Notes: a model not told the origin generated them from the letters alone. Numbered from the stretch's first letter, positions 1 through 14,014 are shown. The stretch is DNA of 64,000 bases from Eledone cirrhosa (GCA_964016885.1 CAXHJY010001169.1:62001-126000), one strand, 5' to 3'. Translations and numbers: made by a program.

Positions 1-305
1 CGCATACTCACACATACATGCACACATACAAACAACACACTCATACACACACAACACCCACGCATACATACATACGCACATACACGTACATACACCCACA
101 CGCACACAGACACACACGTACACAGCAACACGCACATACACACACACACAGATACAAACGCCTAGATACTTGCGTATGCGTTTCCGCGAGTGTGTATTCG
201 CGCTCACTCGATTCATTAACACACAAACAACACATACAGACAGAAACAGAAACACTCTAATGTACACATTTCTGTACACACATACACACATACAGACACA
301 CACAG
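1..305. repeat. degenerate (CA)n-rich simple repeat
   Basis: CA/CATA runs throughout; the ORFs here are H/T/C/V artefacts. Confidence 0.9.
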
Positions 306-579
306 AGAGAATAAATTACATGGTTTTTAGTTTGATGTGTAAAGTTTGATTAACCTTAAATAGGAAATGGTTGATTTGTATTTAGAATGGTAAATTACAG
401 TAAATTATTCTTAATTGACTATCACGGCTCCGCAAGAATTTGTAAAGGATAGAAGCTAATTGCTGAATCTTTTGAAGGCCATAAAAGTAGAAGAAAGAAG
501 AGAAGATAAGAAACAATTTGAGTTTGCTCACGAAGACTCAAACATAACCACGTTGTTAAGAAGATCGTTTCGTAGCCAT

Positions 580-830
580 TTAGTCCTTGGTTCGATATCT
601 CGACGTGATAATTTTGGCAAGTAACTACCAAATAAAGTTGTATAAAGAAAAGTCGAGTGCTTGAAGTGGATGGAATCGATGAGAGAAGGAGACTAAGTCG
701 TGAAGAATGACCTGAAGAAACTGAACTTCAAGAAGAAAATGGCATAGGATCCTACTGACTGGTAACTAACCGTGATTAAAAAAAAAAAAAAAGACCCGTC
801 CACCGGTACAAGCACTACAGCGGTAAAAGT
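580..830 (+). mobile_element. degenerate LINE (RTE-like) 3' end fragment
   Basis: Remnant translation with LEVDG..., VKNDLKKLNF...MA and D.TDW, resembling an RTE C-terminus; several stops. Confidence 0.4.
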
Positions 831-1056
831 AAAGTGTGAACACTACATGGAATGGAGAGGTCCCTCTTACCCGTGCAGTGAACTAAACAACCTCCTTGGT
901 GTTGGTGTCACGATAAAATGCACTCAGCATACAAAGTGGTTGGCGTTAGGAAGGACATCCTGTCGCAGAAACCATGGAAAAATATGGAACATGTGACCAA
1001 GACATGTTTCTTGGACTCGTCCAGCCCGTCGTGGTGTAACATAATATAGATACTGC

Positions 1057-1088
1057 TGTTGTTGTTGATGATGATGATGATGATGATG

Positions 1089-1187
<99 letters not shown>

Positions 1188-1260
1188 TAAATATGAATAT
1201 ATATATATATATGTATATGTATATGTATATATATATATATATACCACATACACACACATA
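1057..1260. repeat. compound microsatellite (GTT)(GAT)(CA)(TA)
   Basis: Seen directly. Confidence 0.95.
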
Positions 1261-1890
1261 GGAAAGTGTGTATATAACCGATATAATCCATTCCTGATTC
1301 GTAATTCTCGGTCCATTTCGTCTTTAAAAACTATTCAAGCCAAATTAAAGAATTTTTACATTGAATAAATATTTTTTATAGAACATGAACTGGCAGAGAG
1401 ATGTTCCTTGCGGGTATTCTTCAGTAGCGCATTCTTCAGAATCATTTGATAACGATATGAATTACAAGGGTGGAGGGTAACTGAAAACTATAAGAAGAAG
1501 AAAGAAAAAAAGTAGAAGAATGAAATTTAACAAAAATGACACCAAAATTAATTCTTCATACCAATTTGGTTTTAAATTCTTTTTATGAGTTCTGGGTACA
1601 ACTTTTTTAATAATCAGACGTCGCTTGTTATCGAATAAACTTAGTATGTAATCTCAATGCTGAATAATTCACTGTTCTTAAGTCTAGTTCTTGTTTTCAA
1701 GGCAGCAGAAGTTAATAATACATCACTTTCCCATGTCTTATTCCATTACATTAATTTATTAAATACACTCTCAGCCTCCACCCTGTTTACTTAGCCGTTG
1801 TCAATAGCAACATCATCACTAGCTTCATTGCTTTATAACTAATATCAACACTACTTCAACCAATACCAGCTCCACCAATTCTTTCACCAT

Positions 1891-2520
1891 ACGGTAGAGC
1901 GTCGACCAACATGTTTTGTGGCATATAATTACGGCCCTTTACGTTCTGAGTTCAAATCCCGCCGAGGTTAGCTTTGCTTTTCATCCTTACGAGGTCGATA
2001 AAATAAAGTACCAGTAAAGTACTGAGTAATTGCTGGCCTTGTGTCGATTAATTCGACTTTCCCCTCCCCAAAAATTGATGGCCTTGTGCCTATAATAGAA
2101 ATCATTATTACCATCATAACGGGGCGGTGGATTGTCAGTATCGGTAGAGGGTCGGACGCCATGCTTTGACGCAAAGAGTTACGGCCCTTGCCATTCTGAG
2201 TTCAAATCCCGCCGAGGTTAACTTTGCCTTTCATCCTTATGGGGTCGATAAAATAAAGTACCAGTAATGTACTGGGTTATTGCTGGCCTTGTGCCTAAAG
2301 TAGAAACAATTATTACCATCATAACGGCGGTGGATTGGCAGTATCGGTAGAGAGTCGGACGCCATGCTTTGAAGCATAGAGTTACGTCCCTTTATGATCT
2401 GAGTTCAAATCCCGCCGAGGTTAACTTTGCCTTTCATCCTTACGGGGTCGATAAAATAAAGTACCAGTAAAGTACTGAGTAATTGCTGGCCTTGTGTCTA
2501 AAATAGAAACAATTATTACC
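1891..2520 (+). mobile_element. three tandem copies of tRNA-derived SINE family A (~190-220 bp)
   Basis: Repeated unit with A-box-like TGGCAGTATCGG, B-box GAGTTCAAATCC and tail ...GGCCTTGTGCCTAAAGTAGAAACAATT; the same unit recurs more than 12 times in the window. Confidence 0.9.
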
Positions 2521-3741
2521 ATCATAATTCTCATTACTATTCTATTATCGCCATCAACAACAGACAACGGTACAAACTATCGATGTAGCCTATACACGAG
2601 CAAATGGTGGTGTCCTTGCGTTGTTGCACTAGCTTCTAGTAACAGTAATCGCGTTGCGTTGTTCTTTTTCTTGCATCCCCCACGACTGCTCCATGACTGC
2701 TTGCATTTCTCTCCACGCACCACTGGAGCGCTGCCACAACCGCTCCTATGGCCTTAGCTTTTCGTCGTGGAGCCGCGCGTGCCTGTCTGCCTTGCCAACC
2801 GCTGAGCCGTCTTCGTATCAGTCTGCTCTTTGATAATGTAGTCTTCGTTATACTAAATCTGAATAAAATGTCCTAGTTATACTAAATCTAAATAAAAGCC
2901 TAGACCTGATGGTTACAGCTGAAATTCCTTTGACCCGATGTCTGCTTTATCAGGGCTGGTCTTGGTTAAAAACAAACATACCGCCCCCTTTAGATGCTCA
3001 TACACATTAAAGGGGAAATGACAAATGTTTTCAACTTTATTTGAAACATTCTTGTTGTTACTGGAACTTTAAGAGTGACTATCCCATATTTTATTCAGAC
3101 ACTGCATCTGGGAATACATTATCTAATGTATCCTCCTTTCTTAAGTTTGTAGATTGTGATTTAAAGGAGAATTAGTTGTTATTTCTAGCAGATCGAGTGG
3201 TCACGTTGAACTGGCTCAACAGCTTAACCTCTCAGATAGGGAGATGGGATACTTTAACAGTTTATATTCCCAAAGTGGTACAAATAGGGAGGTTCTTTGG
3301 CAGCCTGGAATCACAGATAAAAGAGTAGTTAATAGGTTAACGTTTCAGACAGAAGTGTGCCATGACACTTTACGCGGCAAGATCGAATGTCCTAGTTATG
3401 CTGACTCAGGAAATTAACGTGTAAGTATCTGGGTATTCCACATATATGTGTACCCTTAGCGTAATTTTCAGGAAGATTCACCGTAACATGGTATGTGACA
3501 AGGTTGGCCTTTTGATTTACAGGTGCAGTCAATTTGACAGGCTTTAAGACAGTTTCCGTCTACCCAAATATCATTCACAAAGGAATGGGTCGACTCGAAG
3601 CTGTAGTAAATGACACTTGCCCAAGATGTCATTCAGTAGGATCAAACCTGGGCCCTAATTATTTCAAAGCGAACTCCTTAACCAGTCGGCCATCCTGCGT
3701 CATCGCAATTCAAGCTATAGTTGTAGACTTTAACGTAATAG

Positions 3742-3938
3742 CAGACCTGTCAGTTCTCCCAGTCGGACGGGAAGATCTCTCACCCACTTTGGGGTGGGTG
3801 AGAGATGTCTTCTTTTGTGAAAATGGGTATAGCTTTCATTATGTAAAATCTCCCCATTTTGCTTCATTTCTCCCCGTTTGGAGGGCACTTTTTTTTCATG
3901 GTACTCCCCATTTGGGTTTTTAGAGGTTGGTAGGTCTG
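3742..3938. mobile_element. non-autonomous DNA transposon (MITE, hAT-like termini)
   Basis: TIRs CAGACCTGTCA / TGGTAGGTCTG; second copy at 28621-29004; near-6-bp flanking duplication TAATAG/TAATGG. Confidence 0.7.
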
Positions 3939-4109
3939 TAATGGGTATAATGGTACATTCACAACATAATTTCCTAAACAGAAGTCGATCTTGATATCTT
4001 GAATTCTTCCCCATTCAGATAGCTAATGTAGTGATAGATTCTAGTTAGATTAAAATATAAAAAAACTAAATAATCCACTATTACCACATACCAAGAGAAT
4101 AATATAGAG

Positions 4110-4277
4110 CAGTGGTTCCCAAAGTGGGTTCCGAAAAGGAGTGTCTGGGGTTCCAGGAAAAAAGTTAGAGGAGTATATTTATATTACGACCATATAGCAG
4201 TATTAGACTTCGGGGTTCTCCGCAAAGTTTCTGAACCAAAAAGGGTTTCGCATTTGAAAAAAGTTTGGGAAACCCTG
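4110..4277. mobile_element. hAT (Charlie-like) MITE
   Basis: TIRs CAGTGGTTCCCAAA / TTTGGGAAACCCTG; 8-bp TSD ATATAGAG/ATTTAGAG. Confidence 0.8.
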
Positions 4278-4654
4278 ATTTAGAGTGAGCATATTTGCTT
4301 GGAATATTGTATGTGACAAGGATATATGTTCATCGCCAGGCTTTAATGCTCGAGTGAGGTGAGCGGAATCCCTAGGAAATATTTTGACCAGCTTTTTTTG
4401 TTTTGTTAATATTTAAAAAAAAGATTATTTTTGTTCGTTAATCTTGTATTGAGAAGAAAAGTTAGTAATGTCAAAACTTCAAGTAACGTATTTCATGACA
4501 TTTTATACAAACTCCATTTTTTAAAAGTATGATGATGCACCGTTGAAAAGTAAGAGAGGAGGCAGTGTCCCTCTTTCCTTGGCGACGGGCCCGCAGGGGT
4601 AGATTGCGATATTTGTTAAAGAAATTGGACAGATTTTCCGGGTAAAACCAACCG

Positions 4655-4892
4655 ACAGGAGACCTTGAGGTAGACCCCGAGCAAGATGGTTCGATAACAT
4701 CAATGAGCTTGGTTGGTCTTGCTTGGGGATCCAGCAGGATCAGTTGGGGATGGTTGCTTCTGACAGGACCCGTTGGAAGAAGTGTTTGAGGACTCTGCCC
4801 CCACGACCCTCTCAGGAAGAAGAAGAAGAAGAAGAAGAAGAAGAAGAAGAAGAAGAAGAAGAAGAAGAAGAAGAAGAAGAAGAAGAAGAAGA
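4655..4892 (+). mobile_element. 5'-truncated RTE-clade LINE 3' end with (GAA)n tail
   Basis: Encodes ...GRPRARWFDNI...DRTRWKKCLRTLPPRPS followed by (GAA)n; related copies at 26110-26285 and ~44120-44205. Confidence 0.8.
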
Positions 4893-5642
4893 AAAGTTTA
4901 TTATTCAACCTTCTATACTGGGACATGGGGTAGCATGATTGAGGTTAATACAATTTGTAGGTGTTTGGCCGGGGAAACAAACAAAAGAAAAAGCTATGCA
5001 GTGATGAAAATTTAATCAACATTGTAAAGGTTTAGTACTCAGTTAGCTGGCAAGAAGTTAGCGAAAACTTCGTGTGATTTATAAAACAATTTTAGCTTAA
5101 GTTAAGCCTTAGTAAGTCGGTTCAAATGTTTAAGTCTATCGAAATTAGTATGTTCAGCAAACACGTGTTGCCAATTATGACGATATTCTACTTGTCAGCA
5201 TTCAATATCTCCATACACGTTATAGAAGCCAACATTCGACACCAATATCTCCCATTTTATATCGGATCAGACTGTTGCAACAAATATCTGCAAATGATCT
5301 GCATATGACATGGTGTTCATTGCATCTTGTAGTGAAGTATTACTAAGAAAAAGCAGTGTGGGCTTTAGAGTGAAATATCATCTAGCGTTACTCACTTATA
5401 CCAGCAAGTCATTACTTGACGACGGAGTGGGATGAGCTCTTACTGATTCATACCAGTGAGCCATTGTTAGACGATGGCGGGACGGTAGGTCCTCACCAGG
5501 AGAGAGCAAAATTTGGATAAAGGGGAGGTTGGAAGGTTGCGGGGATGGGTGCCACGGTGAAGAGTTCGGGTCTATCATTATTACTGTTATGTGCGCAGAT
5601 GGAGTGCATTTCATGAGTGTGAGTAACGTTGGGTTTATTTTA

Positions 5643-5850
<208 letters not shown>

Positions 5851-5898
5851 GAGCGAGTTCATGTGGATTATTAGTGCGTATATATATAATAGTGTATA

Positions 5899-6611
5899 TT
5901 AATTAATGTTCAGAGCCATCCTCAGCATTCTCGTGTAGCACCCATCCACCATCTGAGACTCCACTACAGCAATGAAGAGGTGGATTTTCAGGTCTTTACG
6001 AAGGTCCGACTTCCACACCGATCTCAAGCTGTGGCACGCCGCCCAGGCCTTGCTCTTCCTCTCAACCACATCATCTTCTGTATTCCCAATCTTTGCTCCC
6101 AAATACAGGAAGTCCTCAACCAATTCTAGCGGCTTCACGCCTACATTAGTGATCCCCTCTGGCTTCTCAACATTCTCTACCAGATATTTTGTTTTAGTCT
6201 CATTCATTCTCAGCCCCACACTCATCGACACAGTCTCAACCTCCCGCATCAAATCCTCCGTCTCCTTCACTGTATTTGTCACCAAAACTATGTCATCGGC
6301 AAATTCAGCATCCGATATCTTTTTCGCCTTAACTCTCCTGCTCTGAGCCGGTGCTACAGTAAAGCCAGAGTCCTGGTGTTTCTCCAGTGCAAGGCGCATT
6401 CAATAGTTCACTACGATGATAAAAAGGTAGGGAGCCAATGTATCTCCCTGGAGCACTCCAGCCAGTATCTCAAAGAACTCTGTCATCCCATCAGGTGTAA
6501 TGACTTGGGCTTTGGTGTTGGTGCAGATCATTGATATCAGGTCCACTATCTTCTTGGGGATTCCATAAGCCTGTAAGATCTTCATCAGGCAGTGACGGTC
6601 CACAGAATCAA
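5899..6611 (-). mobile_element. RTE/RTEX-type LINE reverse transcriptase segment, inverted 5' part
   Basis: FDSVDR...GVLQGDTLAPYLF...FADDIVL...FLYLG...RMLRMALNIN, with one internal stop at ~6400. Confidence 0.9.
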
Positions 6612-6907
6612 AGATGAAAAACTCAGAGCTGTATGGGAGCCTCCTAAAAGTCAGCTCAAAAGTGACACAGAGGAGACTGAGGTTAGCTGGACATGCCCAC
6701 CGACATCCAGAGTTGACATTGCACTCAGTGCTCCTGTGGGAGCCCCTACATGGACACACTGGAAGAGGAAGACCAAGGTTAACGTATGTTGATGCCCTAA
6801 GGACAGACACTGGTCTGTTGGAGACGCAGGACATGGCAGCGATAATGAAGGACAGAGACCGCTGGAGAGAACTCGTCCATGGATCTCGGAAATTTTACCC
6901 GCTCTAG
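6612..6907 (+). mobile_element. 3' terminal part of the same LINE (forward orientation)
   Basis: NSELYG...RRLRLAGH...GRGRPRLTYVD...DRDRWR, the region that normally follows RMALNI. Confidence 0.85.
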
Positions 6908-8233
6908 AATATATATAATAATAATTGTTTCTACTTTTGGCACAAGGCCAGCAATTATTCCAGTGTATTACAGGTATTTTATTTTATCGACCCCGTAAGG
7001 ATGAAAGGCAAAGTTAACCTCGACAGGATTTGAACTCAGACCTTACGAGGTCGATAAAATAAAGCACCAGTAATGAACTGGAGTCGATTTAATCGACTTT
7101 TCCCCCCTCCCCCAAATTGCTGACCTTTTGAAGAATAGTAGAAAACATTAGTTTAGAAAGATTTGTGGTAGCTGGTGGTCGGATATAAAGAGAATGAGTG
7201 GGTGGTGGTGTGGATTTATATATCTTACTAAGGATTAAGAAAAGGAGTGTGTGAAAATGGGTTTGGCTGCAACACCGCTGAGACTGGTGTGTAGAGCCTA
7301 TCACCCCTCCTCACATCCTTTCTTTCGCTGCTTAATTCTTTTTTTCCTCATTTTCCTTCCATTCCTGTATTCTTATTGCCATGCTTATTGTAGAGACTCT
7401 CTTTTATTTTTTTACTACAGGATATTTTATATTGCAATTGTCCTTATATGTCACTTTGAGGTTAATACGTGTTTTGATTATAATTTTTCTTTATGTGTCT
7501 ACGTGCGTATGGGAGATGGATTGGTATATATTTTGTCAGTGATGTGGTATGAATGTGTGTGCGTCTAGTTTGGTCTGTGTGTGTGTGTAGTTCAGTCTGT
7601 GTGTGTGTTTGTATGTGTATACGCACATGCATACACAAACACATACGCGTGTATTTGCGACTGTGAATAAGTGCATAAGTATCAATGCGTCTACACGTGT
7701 GTGTAAAAATGTTTATATACTTGAATACGTACATATGTATGTGTATTTCAATAGGTGTGCCTCTCTCTGTTAGTATGTATGTGTTCATATGTGCAACTAA
7801 GTATAGATGACGGGGTGTGGTTCGTAGCTGTACAGAAGAATAACCATAAGAATATTAAGTTCAACACAGGAGAGTCATGTGTTTCTAATATCCAGAACAC
7901 ATTGCTCTAATTCTCTATATGAATAAGAGGTCTTTAAGTAAGTCTCGCGAGAGGCTAATCCGAGAATGTTTCACTGTTAAAGCCTTACTGCCTTCAATGT
8001 TAAAACAACATCGGCAGATTACCAAGCGGCATCACGATCTTCCTGTTTCTCAGTGGCAAGTCATTATACTTGACACAACATGCAACGACAACTTCTTCAG
8101 CAACAACCTGTTGTATTCGGCGACAAACCCAAGATTCGTTGCTCGCAAACCAAAGAACCTCGAGCAGCTGAAGTATCGACCGCTCTTCCTTGGGTTTATC
8201 GAAGTCTGTAGTGAAATCACATTTCCCCACAAT

Positions 8234-8494
8234 CAGGGCCGGATTTAGATTTGATGAGGCCCTAAGCTATTTGAGATAATGGGGCCCTTTATATGTTATA
8301 AAAAATGTTATAAAAACTGCAAAATGTTCAATATTAAAGCAGAAAACTGTTTAAAACTATTGCATTATTTTAGTTCTTTTTTATCTTATATTTTGGAAAT
8401 GTACACACCGTTTTTTTTTCAATTTTTTCGGGGCCCCAAGAAAGTGGGGGCCCTAAGCTATAGCTTGTTTAGCTTATACGTAAATCCCACTCTG
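8234..8494. mobile_element. hAT MITE
   Basis: TIRs CAGGGCCGGATTTA / TAAATCCCACTCTG; perfect 8-bp TSD CCCACAAT (8226-8233, 8495-8502). Confidence 0.9.
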
Positions 8495-9511
8495 CCCACA
8501 ATGGTTTTTCTTAGTCTGCCGCCACACACAACCATCTGAATACTGACCTATAACCTCAAAGCTTCATGATTTAAATAACGTTTTCTGGTCGAAGAAAGAA
8601 CTGCGACAGTTGTACGCAGGAAGAACAATAGATAAATTTCCCTTTGGAAAAATCAGTTTGCCTCCCGACTCGGCAACAGAGATATCGCTTGTTTCGTCTG
8701 GCTTGCAATGTAGCGACATAAACAATACATACTCTCGCTATCCAGCCTTGCTGGGGTCAACACTAGCTGAGAAAATGTTACCAACACAGGTCAATTAAAT
8801 ATTACTACATTTACACACTTGACACACTACAACTATACATATATTCTTTTTCCATTGTTCATTGCTGTACATGATTTCGAAGTAAATCATGTTACAAATA
8901 AAAACATTAAAATTACGGTGTCATGCTTTCCATGTGATATGGGAAGATGATCTTCCCAATGGTAATATTACTGCACACCACAATAAGCGAGTACAAATTC
9001 TTGTTTCCTTGAATATAGCAAAACTTCTCTCGACTCTCTAAGATCAACTTCACTTTCTCACTTGCCATTATTCAACCAGCAAGTTACTCCCTCATTCACT
9101 TCACATTCCGCCACCACTACCGCTGCTGCTGCTGCTGCTGCTAATACTGCTGCTGCTGCTGAACGAATCAACCAGGCAACAGCGAAGTAGCAATAGAAAG
9201 AATTGGTTCGAGTTTGTTGTTGTTCGGTGGTTTGTGTTAATTGTGGCGCGAAAGTTTGGTAGTTGAAATGACTTAGCTTGATGGGTAATTAAGAATAAGG
9301 TAAATTATCCCATATATAAGCGCTGTGTGAAATGCCGATGAATGAACAAATAAAGCATGATCGCTACTAAAATATGTTAATAGCCTGCTATGAGGCTATC
9401 GTGGACAATGTAATGAAATGAAGGCTTATGTTGTAATAATGCATGTGTGCAATGCTTCAAAGAATGGTATTTACTGTACTTCTGTAATGAGATGATGTTC
9501 GTTTGCGTGGC

Positions 9512-9543
<32 letters not shown>

Positions 9544-9789
9544 CCACGGGGGTCAGTGTGAGATATTTTTTACTACATCTTACTGCTGGAAATCAAATCT
9601 ACAACTCCTTACTTTGACTCTGCAAGCCAGCTATTTATCTGTATCGCTCATTCTGTCTACAGAACTTGAGAATAAGCAGACGGCGGTTTCCATGTCAAAA
9701 TCATAGACCTAGTGACTACTAAAACGATTAAAAATAGAAACTTATCTATGAGGCCACAGAAGGTTAAGTTTTCATGGCTGCTCGAGAGT

Positions 9790-9985
9790 TCGGTTATCTG
9801 CTACACAATCCTGCTATAAGACTTCCAGCGTTCTTGATCCCCGGACCACCTCCCTACTCACTACTATCGGGGTGGAGTTAGCCACCCGCAGGAGTCAGCC
9901 CAATGAGTTGGAATGGCTATTCAAACACATTTCCCTCAACCTCCTCCGGGGCAACGTTTTCTCCATTCTGTCTGCTGGGATCGCG
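9790..9985 (+). mobile_element. CRE-like (RLE-type) non-LTR retrotransposon C-terminal fragment
   Basis: WLFKHISLNLLRGNVFSIL resembles the QRLS.A.QRGNA..IL terminal motif. Confidence 0.6.
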
Positions 9986-10237
9986 AGGTGGCGATCGTCC
10001 AAGGCCTTGTACGCCGGAGAGCGCTCCCTCATACAGTCCGAGACCGTATCACTGGAGCAGCTGTGTTTGAGCATACTTTTGGGGTTTAATTTGTAAGGAG
10101 CTTAGTTCAATTAGACTGAACTCTGCACTTGACAATTGTGAATGATACAACTGGTGAACAAATCTTATCGAAAGAAATTTTAAATAAAGGCATTAAATAT
10201 CAGAACAGTATCCCATGTATGAAAACAAAATATTAAT

Positions 10238-10403
10238 TGTTTCTACTTTTGGCACAAGGCCAGCAATTACCCAGTGCATTACTAGTACTTTATTTTATCG
10301 ACCCCGTAAGGATGAAAGGCAAAGTTAACCTCGGCAAGGGCCGTAACTCTATGCGTCAAAGCATGGCATTCCACCCTCTACCGATACTACCAATCCACCG
10401 CCC
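10238..10403 (-). mobile_element. SINE family A, internally deleted
   Basis: 20-bp TSD TATGAAAACAAAATATTAAT at 10218-10237 and 10404-10423. Confidence 0.9.
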
Positions 10404-10839
10404 TATGAAAACAAAATATTAATAACAGCACAACTCTCGGACTCTACGGATGGTGTCTGTCTTATTTTCCAGAATCCGCTGTCCATTCTTTCCACCACCA
10501 TCTATCTCAACTGGGCGTTATCAACAAAAATATTTAGTTGTCCGAGTTAAAAGTATTTCTATTCAATTCTTGTAATTTAATTTGTTGTTTTCTTCTCTTT
10601 TCCTTCAGCTATCAGCAAGTTCTCAAATCATCTCTTTACTTCTGTTGTTGTTTGTTGTTGTTGTTTTGTGATGATGATGGACCTCCGTTGGTTCCGACGA
10701 CGAGTGTTCTAGTTGTTCGAACAATAGCATACACGTGAAATTACCGTGCACCCTGAACGTTGTCCCCATGGTGATCAGTGTGATACAGTCTGAGACACTT
10801 TGAATTACAGCTTGATCTGTATCGTGTATCCTGGATGTT

Positions 10840-11050
10840 AGTCAGAAATGAGCTGTGACATCACTGGTGCTCAATTGTATCAGCCATTGCCTTTCTCTTG
10901 AACAACACTGGTGGCGTGTAGAGGGAAGACTGGTATGGGTGACTGCTGGTCTTCTACAAACAACATTTCTCGGACTTGTTCCGCAGAGGGGAACTTTCTA
11001 GGTGCAAATCCCATAATCATTCATGGCCGAAGGGGGTCTTTACCTTACCA
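10840..11050 (+). mobile_element. SINE family B 3' portion
   Basis: Homologous to 42905-43080 (GGGGAACTTTCTAGGTGCAAATCCCAT...TCTTTACC). Confidence 0.7.
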
Positions 11051-11254
11051 TTACAATGTTTAATGGAGAGCTCTTCCTATATATAATATTTATCTACAGT
11101 TAGTTTAATTGGTTTAATTAGACTTTAGCATATTTTGTGTGTGGCAAAATACGAATATATGGCACTTTGGTAACTTACTGACTCGCATATCTGTGATTAT
11201 AAGTTTGACTCTAATATAAAGGAATAAAATTCAGAAATACCTGGATTTGTCTGA

Positions 11255-11445
11255 TTATTATTTTTTCCTGCCTGTGGCGTTCGAGGCGTTTGGTGGAGTT
11301 GGGTCGCTGACAGAGAAGTTCTAATCAACGCTGGCGGCTCGCTTTACTAATATGTTAAGTGATGCACATGAGGGTGCCTGGTTGTTTCAGCGCCTTAGCC
11401 TCACTACCGCCAGTGGTAATGCTGCGAGCCTATTGGCCTGCCTCA
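11255..11445 (+). mobile_element. CRE-like (RLE-type) non-LTR C-terminal fragment
   Basis: PVAFEAFGGVG...WLFQRLSLTTASGNAASLL. Confidence 0.65.
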
Positions 11446-12605
11446 AACTATTCCGTTGGCCCTTGTGTTGTGCGGCCGATTGTGGCACTTGGTGGTGAAT
11501 TGATGGTGGTTTTCGTTTTTGTTTTTGTTTTTGCCCCTCCCTTTCTTTTGCTTTCTCTCACTCTGGTCATCTATTTTGTTGAGTTGTTTTAGTGAGGTTC
11601 CTAGCAATACTTACTTGTATTTGTTATATATGTTTATATTTGTGTTTACCAACGACATTATATTTGTAATGTTATTCTGAAAGAATTGCGAGCAATTTGC
11701 AATGTTATTTAAAAAAAAAAAAAAGATAAAGAAAAGTACAAAATAATTTTTAAACCTGCGTTTTTTTCGACCAAGACTGTCAGAGTCCCCAAAATTCTAT
11801 CTTTACTTCACTATCTTCATCGTTTTGTGTGTAAGTTTAAGAGATAAGCAGACCAATGCTTCTGATAGCAAGCAACTCAGTAAAATAGATGAAACAGAAA
11901 TACTGTACTTTTACCAATATTCGGACCTTAAATTTTGTTGAAGCGGGAAAATATATCAGAAAACAATTCTATAATCATTCGTTCATGTAGTTGGTTTTAA
12001 AAGGTTAAAATTTGAACAGAATTTATTTAAGGTTCGCTGTCAAACTGCTTAAACTTCAGCTTATTATTGTAACTTAACTTAACTCTTATCATTTAGTAGG
12101 CTTCTAAACATTTTTATCTCAGCTGGGCGGAATGTTTAAACGTTTATTTGTTCGTAAAAAATACCCAGAAAAATATCTTCTGCAGATCCAAGAATTTAGG
12201 CGGATTTGATTTCTTTTTGAAATGTGATTTTGTAAGAAAGATCGAATGCAAAATCTTATATTACATGGTGTTGGAGATGTTGGGCGTCGGCAATAGGTGA
12301 ACAGTGACCAGTAAGTAAGTGGACCAATGAACTACTCTCTCTGCGTCTTGATCTCTTTCAAGTTTTTAAATGTAATGCAGAATATATTATATCACATACG
12401 CGTGGACCACGAACATGAGCGTATTATCCATAAAGCTGACTAGGCCTTACGCCAATTTCTTCAAGACTGTCAGCTTGTAGTATGTGTGACAGATTGAGGT
12501 AGCCCGTTAAACCAGAGAGCTTAGGAGACCGGTCATGGATTGATGCAGTCCAGGCCAAAACTAAAAAAAAAAATAATAAACATTTAAAAAAAAAATAACC
12601 CATTA

Positions 12606-12775
12606 GTTTCTGATTTAGGCACAAGGCCAACACTTTTTTGGGGAGAGGAAAGTCGATTAAATCGATCCCAGTACATTACTGGTACTTTATTTTATCGACC
12701 CAGTAAGGATGAAAACCAAAGCTAACCTCGGCAGGATTTGAACTCAGATCATAAAGGGCCGTAACTTTATGCCAT
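12606..12775 (-). mobile_element. SINE family A (5'-truncated)
   Basis: Homology to family A; imperfect TSD AAAATA(A/G)CCCATTA. Confidence 0.8.
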
Positions 12776-13887
12776 ATTAAAAAATAGCCCATTACAAACA
12801 AAAGTTGTTGATCCTTGCCATATTGCGATGTTGTATTTCAGTTGTGGTAATAGAAAAATACATACGTATATTATAAAGACATACATATAAGAAAAGCCTG
12901 TGACAAGTGTTGGTTTTTAGTGCTTTTAGTATGAACACTTGTTTTTAGTATGAACACTTGTTTAGTATAAACACTTGTTTCGTATGAAGACTTGTTTAAT
13001 TAAACACAGCTTCAATAAATATATTGTTGTGTTGAAAGCCATCATGATTTGTTGATATAACATTACTTTGACTATTTATTTTTATACGGCCTACGATCTT
13101 TCAAAATAATTATACAGCCTAACAAATATACGAATACACATTCACCCATACAAGAGTATACATAGACAAACACATTTAGTTACATGTAACGCAATTAAAA
13201 AACACGGGCGAAAGTTTGTAATAAAACGACTTTCTATAAATAAATATATATATTTTACCGTAGGTTTTATTTGTTTTTATACAAATTTCTCATTTTCAAT
13301 TTTAATTTCCACTGAAATTAAAAGTTATTTATAACAAACATAACAAAGTTCTACAGACTTGTTTATGTTGTTTTCTCTTTTCTAATTTTCATATTCGTAG
13401 TTATTTGGTATGCCAGACACACACACGCACACGCACACGCACACGCACACACACATACACACACACATTCACACACACACATACAGATACATACACATGT
13501 GCACATATCCACACAAACTTACATACATACATACATACATACGCACGTACGTACATACATTTTTTTAAACCGGCACTCCGTCGGTTACGACGACGAGTGT
13601 TCCAGTCGATACGATCAACGTAATTCTCAGGGAGATTCTACGTGACATAGTGTATGACAAAGATGGCTCCTTGAATTACATGTACAACTCATCTTTTGCC
13701 AGCTGAATGGACTGGAACAACATGAAATAAAGTTTTACATTTTTTAATATATATAATAAGGAAAATTATTGTGTACAGTGCTCAGGTGCACTACAAAAGT
13801 GTCTTGCTCAAGGCCACAACGCGCCGCCTGGTCCGAGAATCGAAATACATATATACGTACATGCAAACATTGATATACAAATACATA

Positions 13888-13937
<50 letters not shown>

Positions 13938-13963
13938 CTGAATACTGGTGGGTTAGTTTGGAT

Positions 13964-14012
13964 CTAGCTGTCGAAACGGCCGGAGCTCACCCGTCGGGGT
14001 CTTGACTCTTTT

Positions 14013-14014
<2 letters not shown>
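13964..14014 (+). mobile_element. PLE pLTR stub (3' half of an HHR) between (TA)n tracts
   Basis: TAGCTGTCGAAACGG...CCGTCGGGGTC...TTCC(TA)n, homologous to 37250-37297. Confidence 0.65.

Noticed and set aside
2700-2810. Possible fourth RLE-type fragment (…RRGAARA)
   Set aside because: Similarity too short to support
7900-8800. Possible pogo/Tc1 transposase relic (LSLPPHTT) around the hAT MITE
   Set aside because: Only one short motif, with no consistent frame
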